From the IMG/VR virus record IMGVR_UViG_3300017783_000003, positions 52,793 to 116,792 of that record: 64,000 bases of DNA; one strand, given 5' to 3'. Below, piece after piece: positions 1-8,853 of the stretch. Within the stretch, counting starts at the first letter, position 1. Every line of letters begins with the position of its first letter. The notes under the pieces are model-generated. The model did no database searches, had not been told where the DNA came from, and saw only the letters and a program-made list of their open reading frames with translations. The position numbers and the translations under genes are program-made. Source of the DNA: a virus.

Positions 1-2
1 CA

Positions 3-884
3 TATAATTCTCTCCGTCGTATCAATGAGTCTGAGATTGATATCAGTGTTGCTTACTTCGATGAAGCACATAATGGCGTACGCAAAGACTTTTTTGATTA
101 TGTCAGTGTTTGTAATGCTGACAACTATTATTACTTCACTGCTACTCCTAAGTACAGAAAGAATGGCAATGGTATGAACAATCATATCGTCTTCGGACGT
201 GTGATTGCTAATATACCTGCACCAGAACTTGTAGAACAAGGCAGCATTCTTCGTCCTACTATTGATATCCATGAGGTTGACATTGAGAGATGTAAGACAA
301 ATGCTGCTGAGAATGATGCAGATACCTTAATCAACATGATTGACAGACTGGACGCCAGAAACGCCCAGAAGGTCCTTGTTGCTGCTCCTAGCACAAAGGT
401 ACTGTGGAACATGTTATCGACCACACAAGTCCTTACAGACCTGTCTCAGCGTGGTTACGATGTTATGCACATCACCAGTAAGCATGGTGCATATGTTAAT
501 CAACAAAAAGTAACCCGTGATCAGTTTTTCCAGACTCTTAATGAATGGGGTGCTGATCATGAGCGTAAATTTATTATCTTCCACTACAGCATTCTATCTG
601 AAGGTATCAACGTGCAGGGTCTGACTCACACAATTCTCCTTCGTAATCTCCCCATCATTGAGATGGCACAGACTATCGGTCGTGTGATTCGTCTTAACAA
701 GGAAGATTCTGCTGATATTCAATCTGGCAAGATTGCTGCTGGTAACTTCTCCATGTATCGCAAGCGTACTGGGTTTGTTACTGTACCTGTATTCAAAAAC
801 TATGGTAAGAATACTCGTCAACGTTTGAATGATGTGGTCTCTACTATCTTTGATAAAGGTGAACCCGCTATTGATATTAAATAG
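3..884 (+). CDS. SF2 DEAH-box helicase (type III restriction Res-like), 5' end outside window
   Basis: Frame is open from position 3 (YNSLRRINESEIDISVAYFDEAHN = motif II), then FTATP (motif III), ILSEGINV (motif V), QTIGRVIR (motif VI). Confidence 0.85.
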   Translation, partial: YNSLRRINESEIDISVAYFDEAHNGVRKDFFDYVSVCNADNYYYFTATPKYRKNGNGMNNHIVFGRVIANIPAPELVEQGSILRPTIDIHEVDIERCKTNAAENDADTLINMIDRLDARNAQKVLVAAPSTKVLWNMLSTTQVLTDLSQRGYDVMHITSKHGAYVNQQKVTRDQFFQTLNEWGADHERKFIIFHYSILSEGINVQGLTHTILLRNLPIIEMAQTIGRVIRLNKEDSADIQSGKIAAGNFSMYRKRTGFVTVPVFKNYGKNTRQRLNDVVSTIFDKGEPAIDIK

Positions 885-896
885 TATAGTTGAAGG

Positions 897-1121
897 ATGT
901 ATATGTATGAATCATTAAATTGTTTTGAAGAGGCACTTAAACACTTTGGAACCCGTGTTGAAATGATTACATGTATGGAGATGGCACGTAAGATCTCTTC
1001 TGAGGATGCATACCAAATGATCAAAGATGAACTGAAAGCAGTTAAAAAATGTCGTAAACATTTTAATATACAAAAAAAAGCAATCGAGTATTTGAGTTTT
1101 GAAGATGATGATAATATATAA
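897..1121 (+). CDS. hypothetical cyanophage protein
   Basis: ORF tightly packed after the helicase; FEEALKHFGTRVEMITCMEMARKISSEDAYQMIK resembles a recurrent cyanomyovirus small protein. Confidence 0.7.
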   Translation: MYMYESLNCFEEALKHFGTRVEMITCMEMARKISSEDAYQMIKDELKAVKKCRKHFNIQKKAIEYLSFEDDDNI

Positions 1122-1359
1122 TAATTGGTTATGGTTCTGTGCTCTTGTACTTTTAGTATATGTGTTCGCAAGTGATCGAAATGTTTCCGACTACATAGTA
1201 TTGAGAATTAAATTAGTATCAATAAACATTAAAAGATATTGGTACATTATTCAATTTCATCCTAGCAATAAAATCTCTCGTTGGTTTTTTGAGAGGCGCT
1301 TACGTAAATTAATTAAATCTTTTGATAATGAAATTCACCGATCTGATCTGGACAACTGA
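1099..1359 (+). CDS. hypothetical protein with N-terminal hydrophobic segment
   Basis: ORF fills the gap between neighbours; WLWFCALVLLVYVFA is hydrophobic; start uncertain. Confidence 0.55.
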   Translation: MKMMIIYNNWLWFCALVLLVYVFASDRNVSDYIVLRIKLVSINIKRYWYIIQFHPSNKISRWFFERRLRKLIKSFDNEIHRSDLDN

Positions 1360-1957
1360 CAATGCACTGAGTGCTTCTTTTTGTAAGAAAACTATTAAAA
1401 AATTTGAAGAGCGTGTAGAAGACCAAAAACATGGTATTGTTGGTGGAGGATATGTTCCGAGTATAAAGAGATCTACAGACCTTCATATATCAGGAAACGA
1501 TGCTTGGACTATTGAAGATAAAGTGTTTTATGAATCTCTCAACAAACACTATGACATATACAGAAAACATGTAAACCATAGTGGTTTGTATGAAGAAATG
1601 GGGAGAAATTGTAATGATGTTGGTTATCAATTACAAAAGACTGTTCCAGGAGAATATTATCATTGGCATCATGATTCAATTCCAGAATGGAATATACAAA
1701 TTGAGACACTATCAAATCGTATTGTAACTTTCATTTGGTATCTTAATGATGTTACTGATGATAATGGTGGTTACACTGAGTTTATTGATGGGACAAGAAT
1801 ACAACCAAAGCAGGGTAAAATGCTATTTTTTCCCTCTACTTGGAATTATGTGCATCGAGGAGTTTCTCCTGTTGATGAAATTAAGTATATTTGTACTGGA
1901 TGGATGTACACAGATTTTACTATTTTCTCTCAAAACCTCCAAGTAACGGGAGGTTAG
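1328..1957 (+). CDS. 2OG-Fe(II) oxygenase (prolyl 4-hydroxylase-like)
   Basis: YHWHHD (HxD), TFIWYLNDV, GGYTEF, FFPSTWNYVHRG (distal His), KYICTGW. Confidence 0.9.
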   Translation: MKFTDLIWTTDNALSASFCKKTIKKFEERVEDQKHGIVGGGYVPSIKRSTDLHISGNDAWTIEDKVFYESLNKHYDIYRKHVNHSGLYEEMGRNCNDVGYQLQKTVPGEYYHWHHDSIPEWNIQIETLSNRIVTFIWYLNDVTDDNGGYTEFIDGTRIQPKQGKMLFFPSTWNYVHRGVSPVDEIKYICTGWMYTDFTIFSQNLQVTGG

Positions 1958-1958
1958 C

Positions 1959-2342
1959 ATGGGAATGTTTGATATTGTACGTTCATCGTACAAATTGGGT
2001 AAAAAATTTGAAGGTGTCAATCAAACAAAAGATATTAGATGTGATGGTGGATCATTAATAGAACATTGGATTGATCCATCTGGTAAACTGTGGATGATTG
2101 ATACTTCTGATACACAAGATTTTGTTCTTGATGAAGACAATCTGTTATATTATAGATGGGAACCAAATGGTAGACATGGTAGAGTTACACCACTATACAT
2201 CACAGGATCTGTTAAAATCTATCCAGAGAAATATTATGGTCCACCACAAGACCTTCCCACATGCACTATCAATTTTATTGGTGGCATTATAAAATCATTC
2301 AGTTTACATCCAAAACACTATTATGAAATTCATTGGACTTAG
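1959..2342 (+). CDS. hypothetical phage protein
   Basis: GGAGG SD upstream; MGMFD...QTKD...WIDPSGKLW pattern typical of a phage hypothetical family. Confidence 0.75.
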   Translation: MGMFDIVRSSYKLGKKFEGVNQTKDIRCDGGSLIEHWIDPSGKLWMIDTSDTQDFVLDEDNLLYYRWEPNGRHGRVTPLYITGSVKIYPEKYYGPPQDLPTCTINFIGGIIKSFSLHPKHYYEIHWT

Positions 2343-3822
2343 ATTATGTGAGCATGACTCTAATGTTACTTACACTGATGGAGTAAAGGTAAGATATTAT
2401 AAATTAGAACGTGACTCACAAATCAAACACCATGGATATGATGATCTGACATCATGGAGTTATCTTATCAAACGATGGGACATTACACCATCTGAAGTGG
2501 ATGCTATTGGTATTGTCATTGATGGTGATCAGTATCCAGATCTCAAGATTGATGAGTCTATTACTCATCAATATATTGATATACCTGATTTTGAAAGATT
2601 AGGGTTTGAATGTCCAGTGCATAGAATAGACCATCACATGGCACATGCTTTAAGTTTGTGGACAGAAGGTGAAGAAGCACATTTAGGCATGGTATTTGAT
2701 GGGTTTGGTGATGACAATGCATCACACTCTATATTCTGGAATACTGATAGAAGAACAGTATATAATAATGATGATTGCATGAGTCTTGGACAGATCATGC
2801 CACATTATGCAGGAAACTACATGAATATTGAAGGCAGTCCTTATGATCTTGCTGGTAAATTGATGGCATTGAAGGGATTCTCTAAGATATTAGATAATAA
2901 TCATTTACTTGGTCAATTAGAATGCTTATCAATTGAACATCTTAATCATGTATGGGGTGTGTATGGATTTGGAAGGATGTCATGGGAGCGTAAATGTGAT
3001 TTCATTGGTTTATGGCATGAAGCAACTGAACGCATTTTTGCAAAATACTTTGCTTCGCAAGATGCATATACAATATCATTTAGTGGAGGTGTTGCACAGA
3101 ATACATTAATCAATACTGCCATTAAAGATGCATGTGCTCTTAGAAATAAAAGATTAATTGTACCACCACATAGTAGTGATGAAGGTCTTAGTCTTGGTAT
3201 TGTAGAATATCTTAGACAACACCATGACCAGGAAGAGTTTGACCGCACTGGTTTCCCATTCTGGCAGGATGATGAGGTTCCAGACAGTGTGCCATCAGAT
3301 AAAACTATAAACGAAGTTGCACACATGCTTGCAAATGGTGCTATAGTTGGATGGTATCAAGGACATGGGGAGGTTGGATCAAGAGCACTAGGCAACCGTA
3401 GCATACTAATGGATCCATCAATAAAAAATGGTAAAGACATTATAAACAAGAAAGTTAAGCATCGTGAGTGGTTTAGACCATTTGGTGCATCTATTCTTGA
3501 AGATGATGTTGATATCTATTTCAAATGGACGGATCCTTCGCCATATATGTTATATGTTGCTAATACAAGAGAACCTGATCGATTTCCATCTGTTGCACAT
3601 ATAGATGGGACATGTAGAATACAAACTGTTGATCAATCACATACACATTTTCATAGATTGATTGACAAATTTAAAACTATCACAGGAATGCCAATGTTAT
3701 TGAACACATCATTAAATAATAATGGTAAACCTATTGCAGGACACATTCAAGATGCTGTAAATCTATTACATACATCTGAATTAGATTGTGTAGTTGCTGG
3801 TAACGAGATTATTAAACGATGA
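2323..3822 (+). CDS. carbamoyltransferase, NodU/CmcH/TobZ family
   Basis: N-terminal EHDS, HHMAHA, DGFGD, AGKLMAL, SGGVAQN, DEGLSLG; C-terminal GSRALGNRSIL, KHREWFRPFG, HIDGTCRIQTV, LNTSLN. Confidence 0.93.
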   Translation: MKFIGLRLCEHDSNVTYTDGVKVRYYKLERDSQIKHHGYDDLTSWSYLIKRWDITPSEVDAIGIVIDGDQYPDLKIDESITHQYIDIPDFERLGFECPVHRIDHHMAHALSLWTEGEEAHLGMVFDGFGDDNASHSIFWNTDRRTVYNNDDCMSLGQIMPHYAGNYMNIEGSPYDLAGKLMALKGFSKILDNNHLLGQLECLSIEHLNHVWGVYGFGRMSWERKCDFIGLWHEATERIFAKYFASQDAYTISFSGGVAQNTLINTAIKDACALRNKRLIVPPHSSDEGLSLGIVEYLRQHHDQEEFDRTGFPFWQDDEVPDSVPSDKTINEVAHMLANGAIVGWYQGHGEVGSRALGNRSILMDPSIKNGKDIINKKVKHREWFRPFGASILEDDVDIYFKWTDPSPYMLYVANTREPDRFPSVAHIDGTCRIQTVDQSHTHFHRLIDKFKTITGMPMLLNTSLNNNGKPIAGHIQDAVNLLHTSELDCVVAGNEIIKR

Positions 3823-4031
3823 ACAAAACCTTTATCACCACAGTACAACAGTATGGCAACACGGAAGACTACTTCATCGAAATCCCCGAAGAAATCACCA
3901 AAGAAAACGGATGGGAAGAAGGTGACACGATCGATTGGAAAATCGAAAACAACACCATCATCATTACCAAAGTCAAAGAAACCGACACCAACACCAAGGA
4001 AGAGGAAGACAACAAAGAAACAACCATTTAA
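3819..4031 (+). CDS. AbrB/MazE/SpoVT-like DNA-binding protein
   Basis: TTVQQYGN..YFIEIPEEI...GWEEGDTIDWKIENNTIIITK matches the swapped-hairpin AbrB pattern; ATGA overlap with upstream stop. Confidence 0.75.
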   Translation: MNKTFITTVQQYGNTEDYFIEIPEEITKENGWEEGDTIDWKIENNTIIITKVKETDTNTKEEEDNKETTI

Positions 4032-4224
4032 GGTCATGAATAGTAGGAAGAAAGAACTCTTCCCATGGATAGAAACATTCCCATACTTCCTGCAAGATCT
4101 TACTGAGAATAAAAAATGTTGGTTTACATGTGAAGAACATGCTGAGAAATATGTTGATAGATATAACTGTAAATATAAACTCTACAAATACACAGGAACA
4201 TATATAAAAGAACCTGTGGTATGA
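3853..4224 (+). CDS. hypothetical protein, Lys/Ser/Thr-rich N-terminus plus ELFP...CWFTCEEH domain (start 3853 or the internal ATG)
   Basis: C-terminal half (ELFPWIETFPY..KKCWFTCEEHAEKYVDRY) looks like a real cyanophage protein; N-terminal half overlaps the AbrB-like ORF. Confidence 0.65.
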   Translation: MATRKTTSSKSPKKSPKKTDGKKVTRSIGKSKTTPSSLPKSKKPTPTPRKRKTTKKQPFKVMNSRKKELFPWIETFPYFLQDLTENKKCWFTCEEHAEKYVDRYNCKYKLYKYTGTYIKEPVV

Positions 4225-4228
4225 AATA

Positions 4229-4369
4229 ATGCAATACGAGGACTTACAAGACTACATTACATCACTTGAGGACAGGATTTATAGATTAGAGGAAGAGGAT
4301 GTTGTCACATCTAATCTCTTGTATGAATTAGAAAATAGACTGACCATTTTAGAGAAGGATAATAAATAA
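4229..4369 (+). CDS. small coiled-coil hypothetical protein (46 aa)
   Basis: Read by eye: MQYEDLQDYITSLEDRIYRLEEEDVVTSNLLYELENRLTILEKDNK; heptad pattern. Confidence 0.6.
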   Translation: MQYEDLQDYITSLEDRIYRLEEEDVVTSNLLYELENRLTILEKDNK

Positions 4370-4396
4370 CGTTGTAATAGTTCATTTATATTAATT

Positions 4397-4525
4397 ATGA
4401 ATACTTTTTTAACAATTATTGCCACTAGTGTTATTTCTGTAGGTGGTTGGGAAATTGCTCATGGAGCATTTCATCTAGATGGCATTAATATCCATTGTCA
4501 CACAGATATTTGTCATTCTCACTAA
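4397..4525 (+). CDS. small His/Cys-rich membrane-anchored peptide (42 aa)
   Basis: Read by eye: MNTFLTIIATSVISVGGWEIAHGAFHLDGINIHCHTDICHSH; preceded by TAAATA at 4363 and followed by a terminator. Confidence 0.6.
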   Translation: MNTFLTIIATSVISVGGWEIAHGAFHLDGINIHCHTDICHSH

Positions 4526-4528
4526 TTA

Positions 4529-4587
4529 TAGACAGTTTAAGAACTGACACATGGGGGGCAGACGCCCTCCTTTTTTGTGTGTATATT
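4529..4587 (+). promoter_or_regulatory. early promoter with upstream 7-N8-7 palindrome
   Basis: TAGACAG-tttaagaa-CTGACAC (4529-4550), -10 TATATT at 4582-4587. Confidence 0.65.
4553..4576 (+). terminator. intrinsic terminator
   Basis: GGGGGGC-agac-GCCCTCC followed by T6. Confidence 0.65.
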
Positions 4588-4609
4588 ATCAATGTCTGCT
4601 ATATACATC

Positions 4610-4813
4610 ATGCAACTAACTTCCGATGAATGTGACTTCTTGATTGAACTTCTTCAACGTGCTCTCCCGAGTGACGTGGAAGAATGTGAGAAATTCTTTG
4701 AGGTTGACGCCCTGGTTATTCAGGGTAAACTGTGGGACCAGTCTGAAGAACAGACTCGGTTCCGTTTTGATGATGTTTCTTTTGATGATGTCTGTGAAGT
4801 TCTCCACCGTTGA
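4610..4813 (+). CDS. hypothetical early protein
   Basis: ORF directly downstream of early promoter; acidic, MQLTSDECDFLIELL. Confidence 0.65.
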   Translation: MQLTSDECDFLIELLQRALPSDVEECEKFFEVDALVIQGKLWDQSEEQTRFRFDDVSFDDVCEVLHR

Positions 4814-4988
4814 CAACAAGGTTCTCACTCAACTTATTGAGAACCTTGACATTGCTATTAAAAAATGTTATGATGAGCCCCAGAACGATCCTGACTGCGG
4901 GTATGCTTATGCCACTGGTTACGCTAGTTCATGTATGACAACCACTAAAGAAATTCTCTCTCATGTATTACACTCTCAAGCAACTTAA
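4788..4988 (+). CDS. hypothetical protein
   Basis: MSVKFSTVDNKVL...GYAYATGYASSCM; overlapping operon packing. Confidence 0.6.
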   Translation: MSVKFSTVDNKVLTQLIENLDIAIKKCYDEPQNDPDCGYAYATGYASSCMTTTKEILSHVLHSQAT

Positions 4989-5262
4989 AGAATTTGTAGA
5001 CGATAGATTACAATTATTTCCAGAGGAAAGTCCTATTGCAATCTATTACCTCTTGCCTGAAGACATTACTGCAAAACATCATATCACTGGTGAAACTATC
5101 AGTGTGACTAATGAGCAGAAAAATCTTATGCTACAAAAGATTGGTAATATGGGAGAACCTGATCAAATTATCAGTCATGCTAAGTATGAAGAAATTGACA
5201 AGATTACATCACTATTCCAAAGCACTTTAGTTGAAGAAGAACCCAACACCGATGATGATTAA
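4963..5262 (+). CDS. hypothetical protein
   Basis: MYYTLKQLKEFVD...; overlapping operon packing. Confidence 0.65.
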   Translation: MYYTLKQLKEFVDDRLQLFPEESPIAIYYLLPEDITAKHHITGETISVTNEQKNLMLQKIGNMGEPDQIISHAKYEEIDKITSLFQSTLVEEEPNTDDD

Positions 5263-5506
5263 TCTAGACAGTCTAACACATGAGTTTAAGGAGCAACTTG
5301 CGGAAGACTGTGAAGACTATCTTCTTCACAGACATATTCCGCTACACTCACACAGTTATGATAACATCATCCGTCAAGCATTTAAGGAAGGTTATCAAGT
5401 AGATCGCTTTGATCGGTTTGTTAACAAACCTTATGCTAAAGTTTCCGCTGCTTCAGATCAAAATGTAGCACTGACTGAACTTAGAGAAATGTTTGACGCT
5501 CTATGA
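5252..5506 (+). CDS. hypothetical cyanophage protein
   Basis: MINLDSLTHEFKEQLAEDCEDYLLHRHIPLHSHSYDNII. Confidence 0.65.
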   Translation: MMINLDSLTHEFKEQLAEDCEDYLLHRHIPLHSHSYDNIIRQAFKEGYQVDRFDRFVNKPYAKVSAASDQNVALTELREMFDAL

Positions 5507-5521
5507 TTACGGAATAATCAC

Positions 5522-5725
5522 ATGAACCACGGACCCCACTATCAAATCTTGCATCTACCCACAAATCAACCTATTAGATACAAGGGTGATATTGGGTTCA
5601 ATTCTTGTGATGAAGCAAAGAGAGTGATGAATGAATTTCATAAGGAAGAGATTAACGGTAGATTGGAGACCAATGTAAGATATAATGATTGTCGCATAGT
5701 TGCAAGACACGGTTATCTATTCTAA
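5522..5725 (+). CDS. hypothetical protein
   Basis: ORF fills the gap up to the next promoter. Confidence 0.55.
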   Translation: MNHGPHYQILHLPTNQPIRYKGDIGFNSCDEAKRVMNEFHKEEINGRLETNVRYNDCRIVARHGYLF

Positions 5726-5779
5726 CCACTTGCTGAACTGTCCACTCAATCGCCATAGGGCATGAAAATGCTCTATATT
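5723..5779 (+). promoter_or_regulatory. early promoter with upstream 7-N8-7 palindrome
   Basis: TAACCAC-ttgctgaa-CTGTCCA (5723-5744), -10 TATATT at 5774-5779. Confidence 0.65.
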
Positions 5780-5805
5780 ATATTCATACCAAAGGGAACC
5801 ACCCA

Positions 5806-6213
5806 ATGAACACCACACTCACCAATGAACTTGTGGAAGACTACACAGTCATGTTGTGTGATGCTCTCTACATGAACTTCAAAGAGTACCAGATCCGTGC
5901 TCACAAGCGTAGCATCGCTAATGACATCAACATGGACTATCATCAGTCCAAGATCGATTACATCATGGACAATGGTGCAGACATCGAATTCTATGTTAAG
6001 CGTGGTCGTCGTTACCTGAAGGTCATGATGAAGGATAGTGGTGGACATGGGTCTGTTCATGCCTTCATTGATCGTAGCAGTGGTAATGTGTTTAAACCCG
6101 CATCTATCAATGCACCAGCGAAAGGAATACGCTATAATATCCTTAAGGAAGGCGATCGTGAGTATCTCTACACTCATGCCGACTGGTCTGGTGGTTATCT
6201 GTATGTCAGATAA
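5806..6213 (+). CDS. conserved phage hypothetical protein
   Basis: GRRYLKV...SVHAFIDRSSGNVFKPASINAPAKGIRYNI...ADWSGGYLY, a recurrent T4-like/cyanophage early protein pattern. Confidence 0.8.
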   Translation: MNTTLTNELVEDYTVMLCDALYMNFKEYQIRAHKRSIANDINMDYHQSKIDYIMDNGADIEFYVKRGRRYLKVMMKDSGGHGSVHAFIDRSSGNVFKPASINAPAKGIRYNILKEGDREYLYTHADWSGGYLYVR

Positions 6214-6248
6214 TCAACACATTTTCTACACAATTCACTGATTTTATC

Positions 6249-6437
6249 ATGCAATTTCAAAAGAAACCTTTCCCTCTTGGCACCAGCAATCCTTACATTG
6301 TACGTGGCATCATTGGTTCTCATAAATGGGAACTAATCATTCGTGAATCACGTATTCGTATTGGCACTTATGCTAGTGAAAACGATGCTATTGATGTGCG
6401 TCGTATCATGCTCCGTCGTGAAGGTTACGACGCATGA
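6249..6437 (+). CDS. hypothetical protein
   Basis: ORF in operon; IGTYASENDA motif. Confidence 0.6.
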   Translation: MQFQKKPFPLGTSNPYIVRGIIGSHKWELIIRESRIRIGTYASENDAIDVRRIMLRREGYDA

Positions 6438-6574
6438 TTTGTGAAGTAAAACTGTACAAGGCAGGCAAAGTATTTGTCGAGACTGTACATGCAAGTAACT
6501 ACCAAGATGCAAGAGAAACTGCTCTTGCACGTAACCCTAATGCTAGTATTGTAGGTGTCACTGCTAAACTTTAA
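6434..6574 (+). CDS. small conserved cyanophage protein (46 aa)
   Basis: Read by eye: MICEVKLYKAGKVFVETVHASNYQDARETALARNPNASIVGVTAKL; ATGA overlap. Confidence 0.75.
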   Translation: MICEVKLYKAGKVFVETVHASNYQDARETALARNPNASIVGVTAKL

Positions 6575-6575
6575 C

Positions 6576-6737
6576 ATGGTAACCACACTCTCATACAATG
6601 AGTCAGAATTTCTGATCTCTGCTATGCAACATCTATCCACAAAGAATGAGGCATTTCTACAACAGCAATGTGATGTAGACTCATCTAACCTGTACCAGAA
6701 ACTACTCAACATCATGGAGATTCAATGTGATGAATGA
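6576..6737 (+). CDS. hypothetical protein
   Basis: ATG 1 nt after upstream stop; MVTTLSYNESEFLISAMQHL. Confidence 0.6.
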   Translation: MVTTLSYNESEFLISAMQHLSTKNEAFLQQQCDVDSSNLYQKLLNIMEIQCDE

Positions 6738-6864
6738 AGAACAACTGGACATCCTACAGCAGTATGAAGACGGAGACATTGATTGTCTCTTTGTCAAAGC
6801 AATCGAAGAAGAAGCAGCACGTCTTGAAGTAACAGTTGATTACTTCATGTACGAGTTTCTCTAA
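6730..6864 (+). CDS. small acidic cyanophage protein (44 aa)
   Basis: Read by eye: ends AIEEEAARLEVTVDYFMYEFL, a recurrent cyanophage C-terminal motif. Confidence 0.7.
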   Translation: MNEEQLDILQQYEDGDIDCLFVKAIEEEAARLEVTVDYFMYEFL

Positions 6865-6891
6865 ATAAATCCATTCAGACACTGAACTATC

Positions 6892-7044
6892 ATGGTCGTA
6901 TCAACGGAACAAGCAAACTCTCTCATTCACGAAATGGAAGATCTAGTTAAATTTCTCCAAGATGAAAATGCAAGACTAAGAGTCGAGAATACGATCCTAA
7001 AGGATCAAGCGGACCTACCTGCGACTTTAGAATATGATTGTTGA
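6892..7044 (+). CDS. small coiled-coil hypothetical protein (50 aa)
   Basis: Read by eye: MVVSTEQANSLIHEMEDLVKFLQDENARLRVENTILKDQ...; TAAATA upstream at 6862. Confidence 0.6.
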   Translation: MVVSTEQANSLIHEMEDLVKFLQDENARLRVENTILKDQADLPATLEYDC

Positions 7045-7291
7045 TGTAGTACATGATTTCGATAAACATCTCCAATCAGGACATGTTTATGAACTTAACA
7101 TTGATTTGCCCATGAGTGACGGGGAGAGTGACACTTTCTATTCCGTCAACACATATGTTATTGCGTCATCACCCGAACAAGCACACTACATTGCTGCCTG
7201 TTTGTATCCAGACTCTCTCAGCATATGCTATGAAGAACAACCGATCACCGAGCGAAGATATGTATCCAGTCGGAGCACATGTGAAGATTAA
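7034..7291 (+). CDS. hypothetical protein
   Basis: ORF overlapping neighbours in operon. Confidence 0.65.
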   Translation: MIVDVVHDFDKHLQSGHVYELNIDLPMSDGESDTFYSVNTYVIASSPEQAHYIAACLYPDSLSICYEEQPITERRYVSSRSTCED

Positions 7292-7433
7292 TGGTGTTCT
7301 TGGTCGTGTAGTCTTTTCTGATCCAGAATTACATACTATGTCTATCTGTATTCATGAACATCCTACTGACAGAAGCAAGAACACATGCCTTATCCATCAA
7401 CCAGGACTCTCAAACGTTATTGAACCAGCATGA
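7260..7433 (+). CDS. hypothetical protein
   Basis: MYPVGAHVKINGVLGRVVFSD, small SH3-like beta pattern; internal ATG of the 7116 ORF preferred. Confidence 0.55.
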   Translation: MYPVGAHVKINGVLGRVVFSDPELHTMSICIHEHPTDRSKNTCLIHQPGLSNVIEPA

Positions 7434-7573
7434 CTTATCAAGAAGATCTCACTGTCGATTATTACAATGACGAAACACTTCGTCTCAAGATCCTACATGA
7501 AGCAGAGGAAATGATCTGCTACCAACCACAAGAAGATGAAGACCTGATTCAACTGCTTGACAATTTCGATTAA
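7430..7573 (+). CDS. small acidic hypothetical protein (47 aa)
   Basis: Read by eye: MTYQEDLTVDYYNDETLRLKILHEAEEMICYQPQEDEDLIQLLDNFD; ATGA overlap. Confidence 0.6.
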   Translation: MTYQEDLTVDYYNDETLRLKILHEAEEMICYQPQEDEDLIQLLDNFD

Positions 7574-7585
7574 CTCTGCTACAAT
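7557..7585 (+). promoter_or_regulatory. sigma70-type promoter
   Basis: TTGACA-17 nt-TACAAT with extended TG; AGGAGG SD before the next ORF. Confidence 0.8.
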
Positions 7586-7612
7586 CTGAAGACACCACTC
7601 TAGGAGGAACCC

Positions 7613-7849
7613 ATGGTCTATGATGACTGTATGTACATTGTTGTAGGAAATATAGCGTTGGCGATAGACTACTCTGGTACAGCAATTTCTGCAGACATCA
7701 TTCAAGATGGTGACGTGGAATATGTTGACTGGGATGGTGCTGATCCTATTGATTGGATTGACCTACCACCAACACAATATGAATATTTTAAATCTTGTGT
7801 AGACTTCCTACAACAATTCTCTAACCAACCACAGGTATTCACTAAATGA
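7613..7849 (+). CDS. hypothetical protein
   Basis: Strong SD (AGGAGG) and promoter upstream. Confidence 0.75.
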   Translation: MVYDDCMYIVVGNIALAIDYSGTAISADIIQDGDVEYVDWDGADPIDWIDLPPTQYEYFKSCVDFLQQFSNQPQVFTK

Positions 7850-8064
7850 GACCATCCATTGTTGCCGATCACTTGAAAGAACTTATGGTTATTGTGGATG
7901 ATAAACCACAACCTAGAGAAGATCTCTCTACTAGAGAAAGAACTCTCTATTGGAGATATCATGGATATTTCCCTAATGAGTTTGCAAGAGCAGTTGCTGA
8001 CATGATTGCTCCTAAGAAATTTATCTCTTATGATCATCTTCAGAATGTACTGACTTATGAATAG
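7846..8064 (+). CDS. hypothetical protein
   Basis: ATGA overlap; operon packing. Confidence 0.65.
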   Translation: MRPSIVADHLKELMVIVDDKPQPREDLSTRERTLYWRYHGYFPNEFARAVADMIAPKKFISYDHLQNVLTYE

Positions 8065-8260
8065 TAAACAAACAAAAGAACAAGAGTCTGTTTCTAGACA
8101 GTCTGACCAAATCCTCCTATATTTCCAAGATCGTTTCCAAGAACTTATGGAAGATGATCGTATGGAAGATGCTATCGCCATTGGTGATGAATACTTAGAG
8201 TGGATTAAAGGTGATGATGATACTGTCTTCCTATATTACAATGAACACGAACTTAAATGA
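8057..8260 (+). CDS. hypothetical acidic protein
   Basis: Operon packing; RMEDAIAIGDEYLEW. Confidence 0.65.
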   Translation: MNSKQTKEQESVSRQSDQILLYFQDRFQELMEDDRMEDAIAIGDEYLEWIKGDDDTVFLYYNEHELK

Positions 8261-8847
8261 TTGACCTGTTTCCCACACCACTCTACATTGAACCAATTAC
8301 AATAGAAGAAAACAATTGGGATAATATACGTATGGAGTCGTGTGGGAATGGTCTCACATCTGTTAGTCGAAACATTTTAAATATTCTCCCACTGTTAACT
8401 CAACAAGTATACTATCATATAGATCAATACTTACAGTTGACAGGACATAAGACAAAAATTAATATTACATCATCATGGTTGAACTTTCATCGTTACATGG
8501 ACTATGCTCAAACTCATTACCATTCTAACTCAATCATCTCTGGTGTGATATTCATTGTAATACCACCTAACAGTGGTAATTTCTGTATTCGTAAACCACA
8601 CTCATTTACCAAAGATTTCTCTATGGTAACTAAACTGAATACAACACATGATACATCATACAATACAGAAGAATTCATACTTAAACCAATGAATAATACC
8701 ATTGCATTGTTTCCTTCTGTACTACAACATGATGTAACACCTAATTACACTGATCATACTCGAATTACCTTAGCATTTGACTGTGTACCAGCAGAATTAT
8801 GCACATCATATGGTAACTCACCATTAAACATCAGTTATTATTCTTAA
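8257..8847 (+). CDS. 2OG-Fe(II) oxygenase, TIGR02466-like
   Basis: LFPTPLY, SSWLN, HYHSNSIISGV (HxH), LFPSVLQHDV.PN, RITLAFD. Confidence 0.88.
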   Translation: MIDLFPTPLYIEPITIEENNWDNIRMESCGNGLTSVSRNILNILPLLTQQVYYHIDQYLQLTGHKTKINITSSWLNFHRYMDYAQTHYHSNSIISGVIFIVIPPNSGNFCIRKPHSFTKDFSMVTKLNTTHDTSYNTEEFILKPMNNTIALFPSVLQHDVTPNYTDHTRITLAFDCVPAELCTSYGNSPLNISYYS

Positions 8848-8853
8848 GAATGT

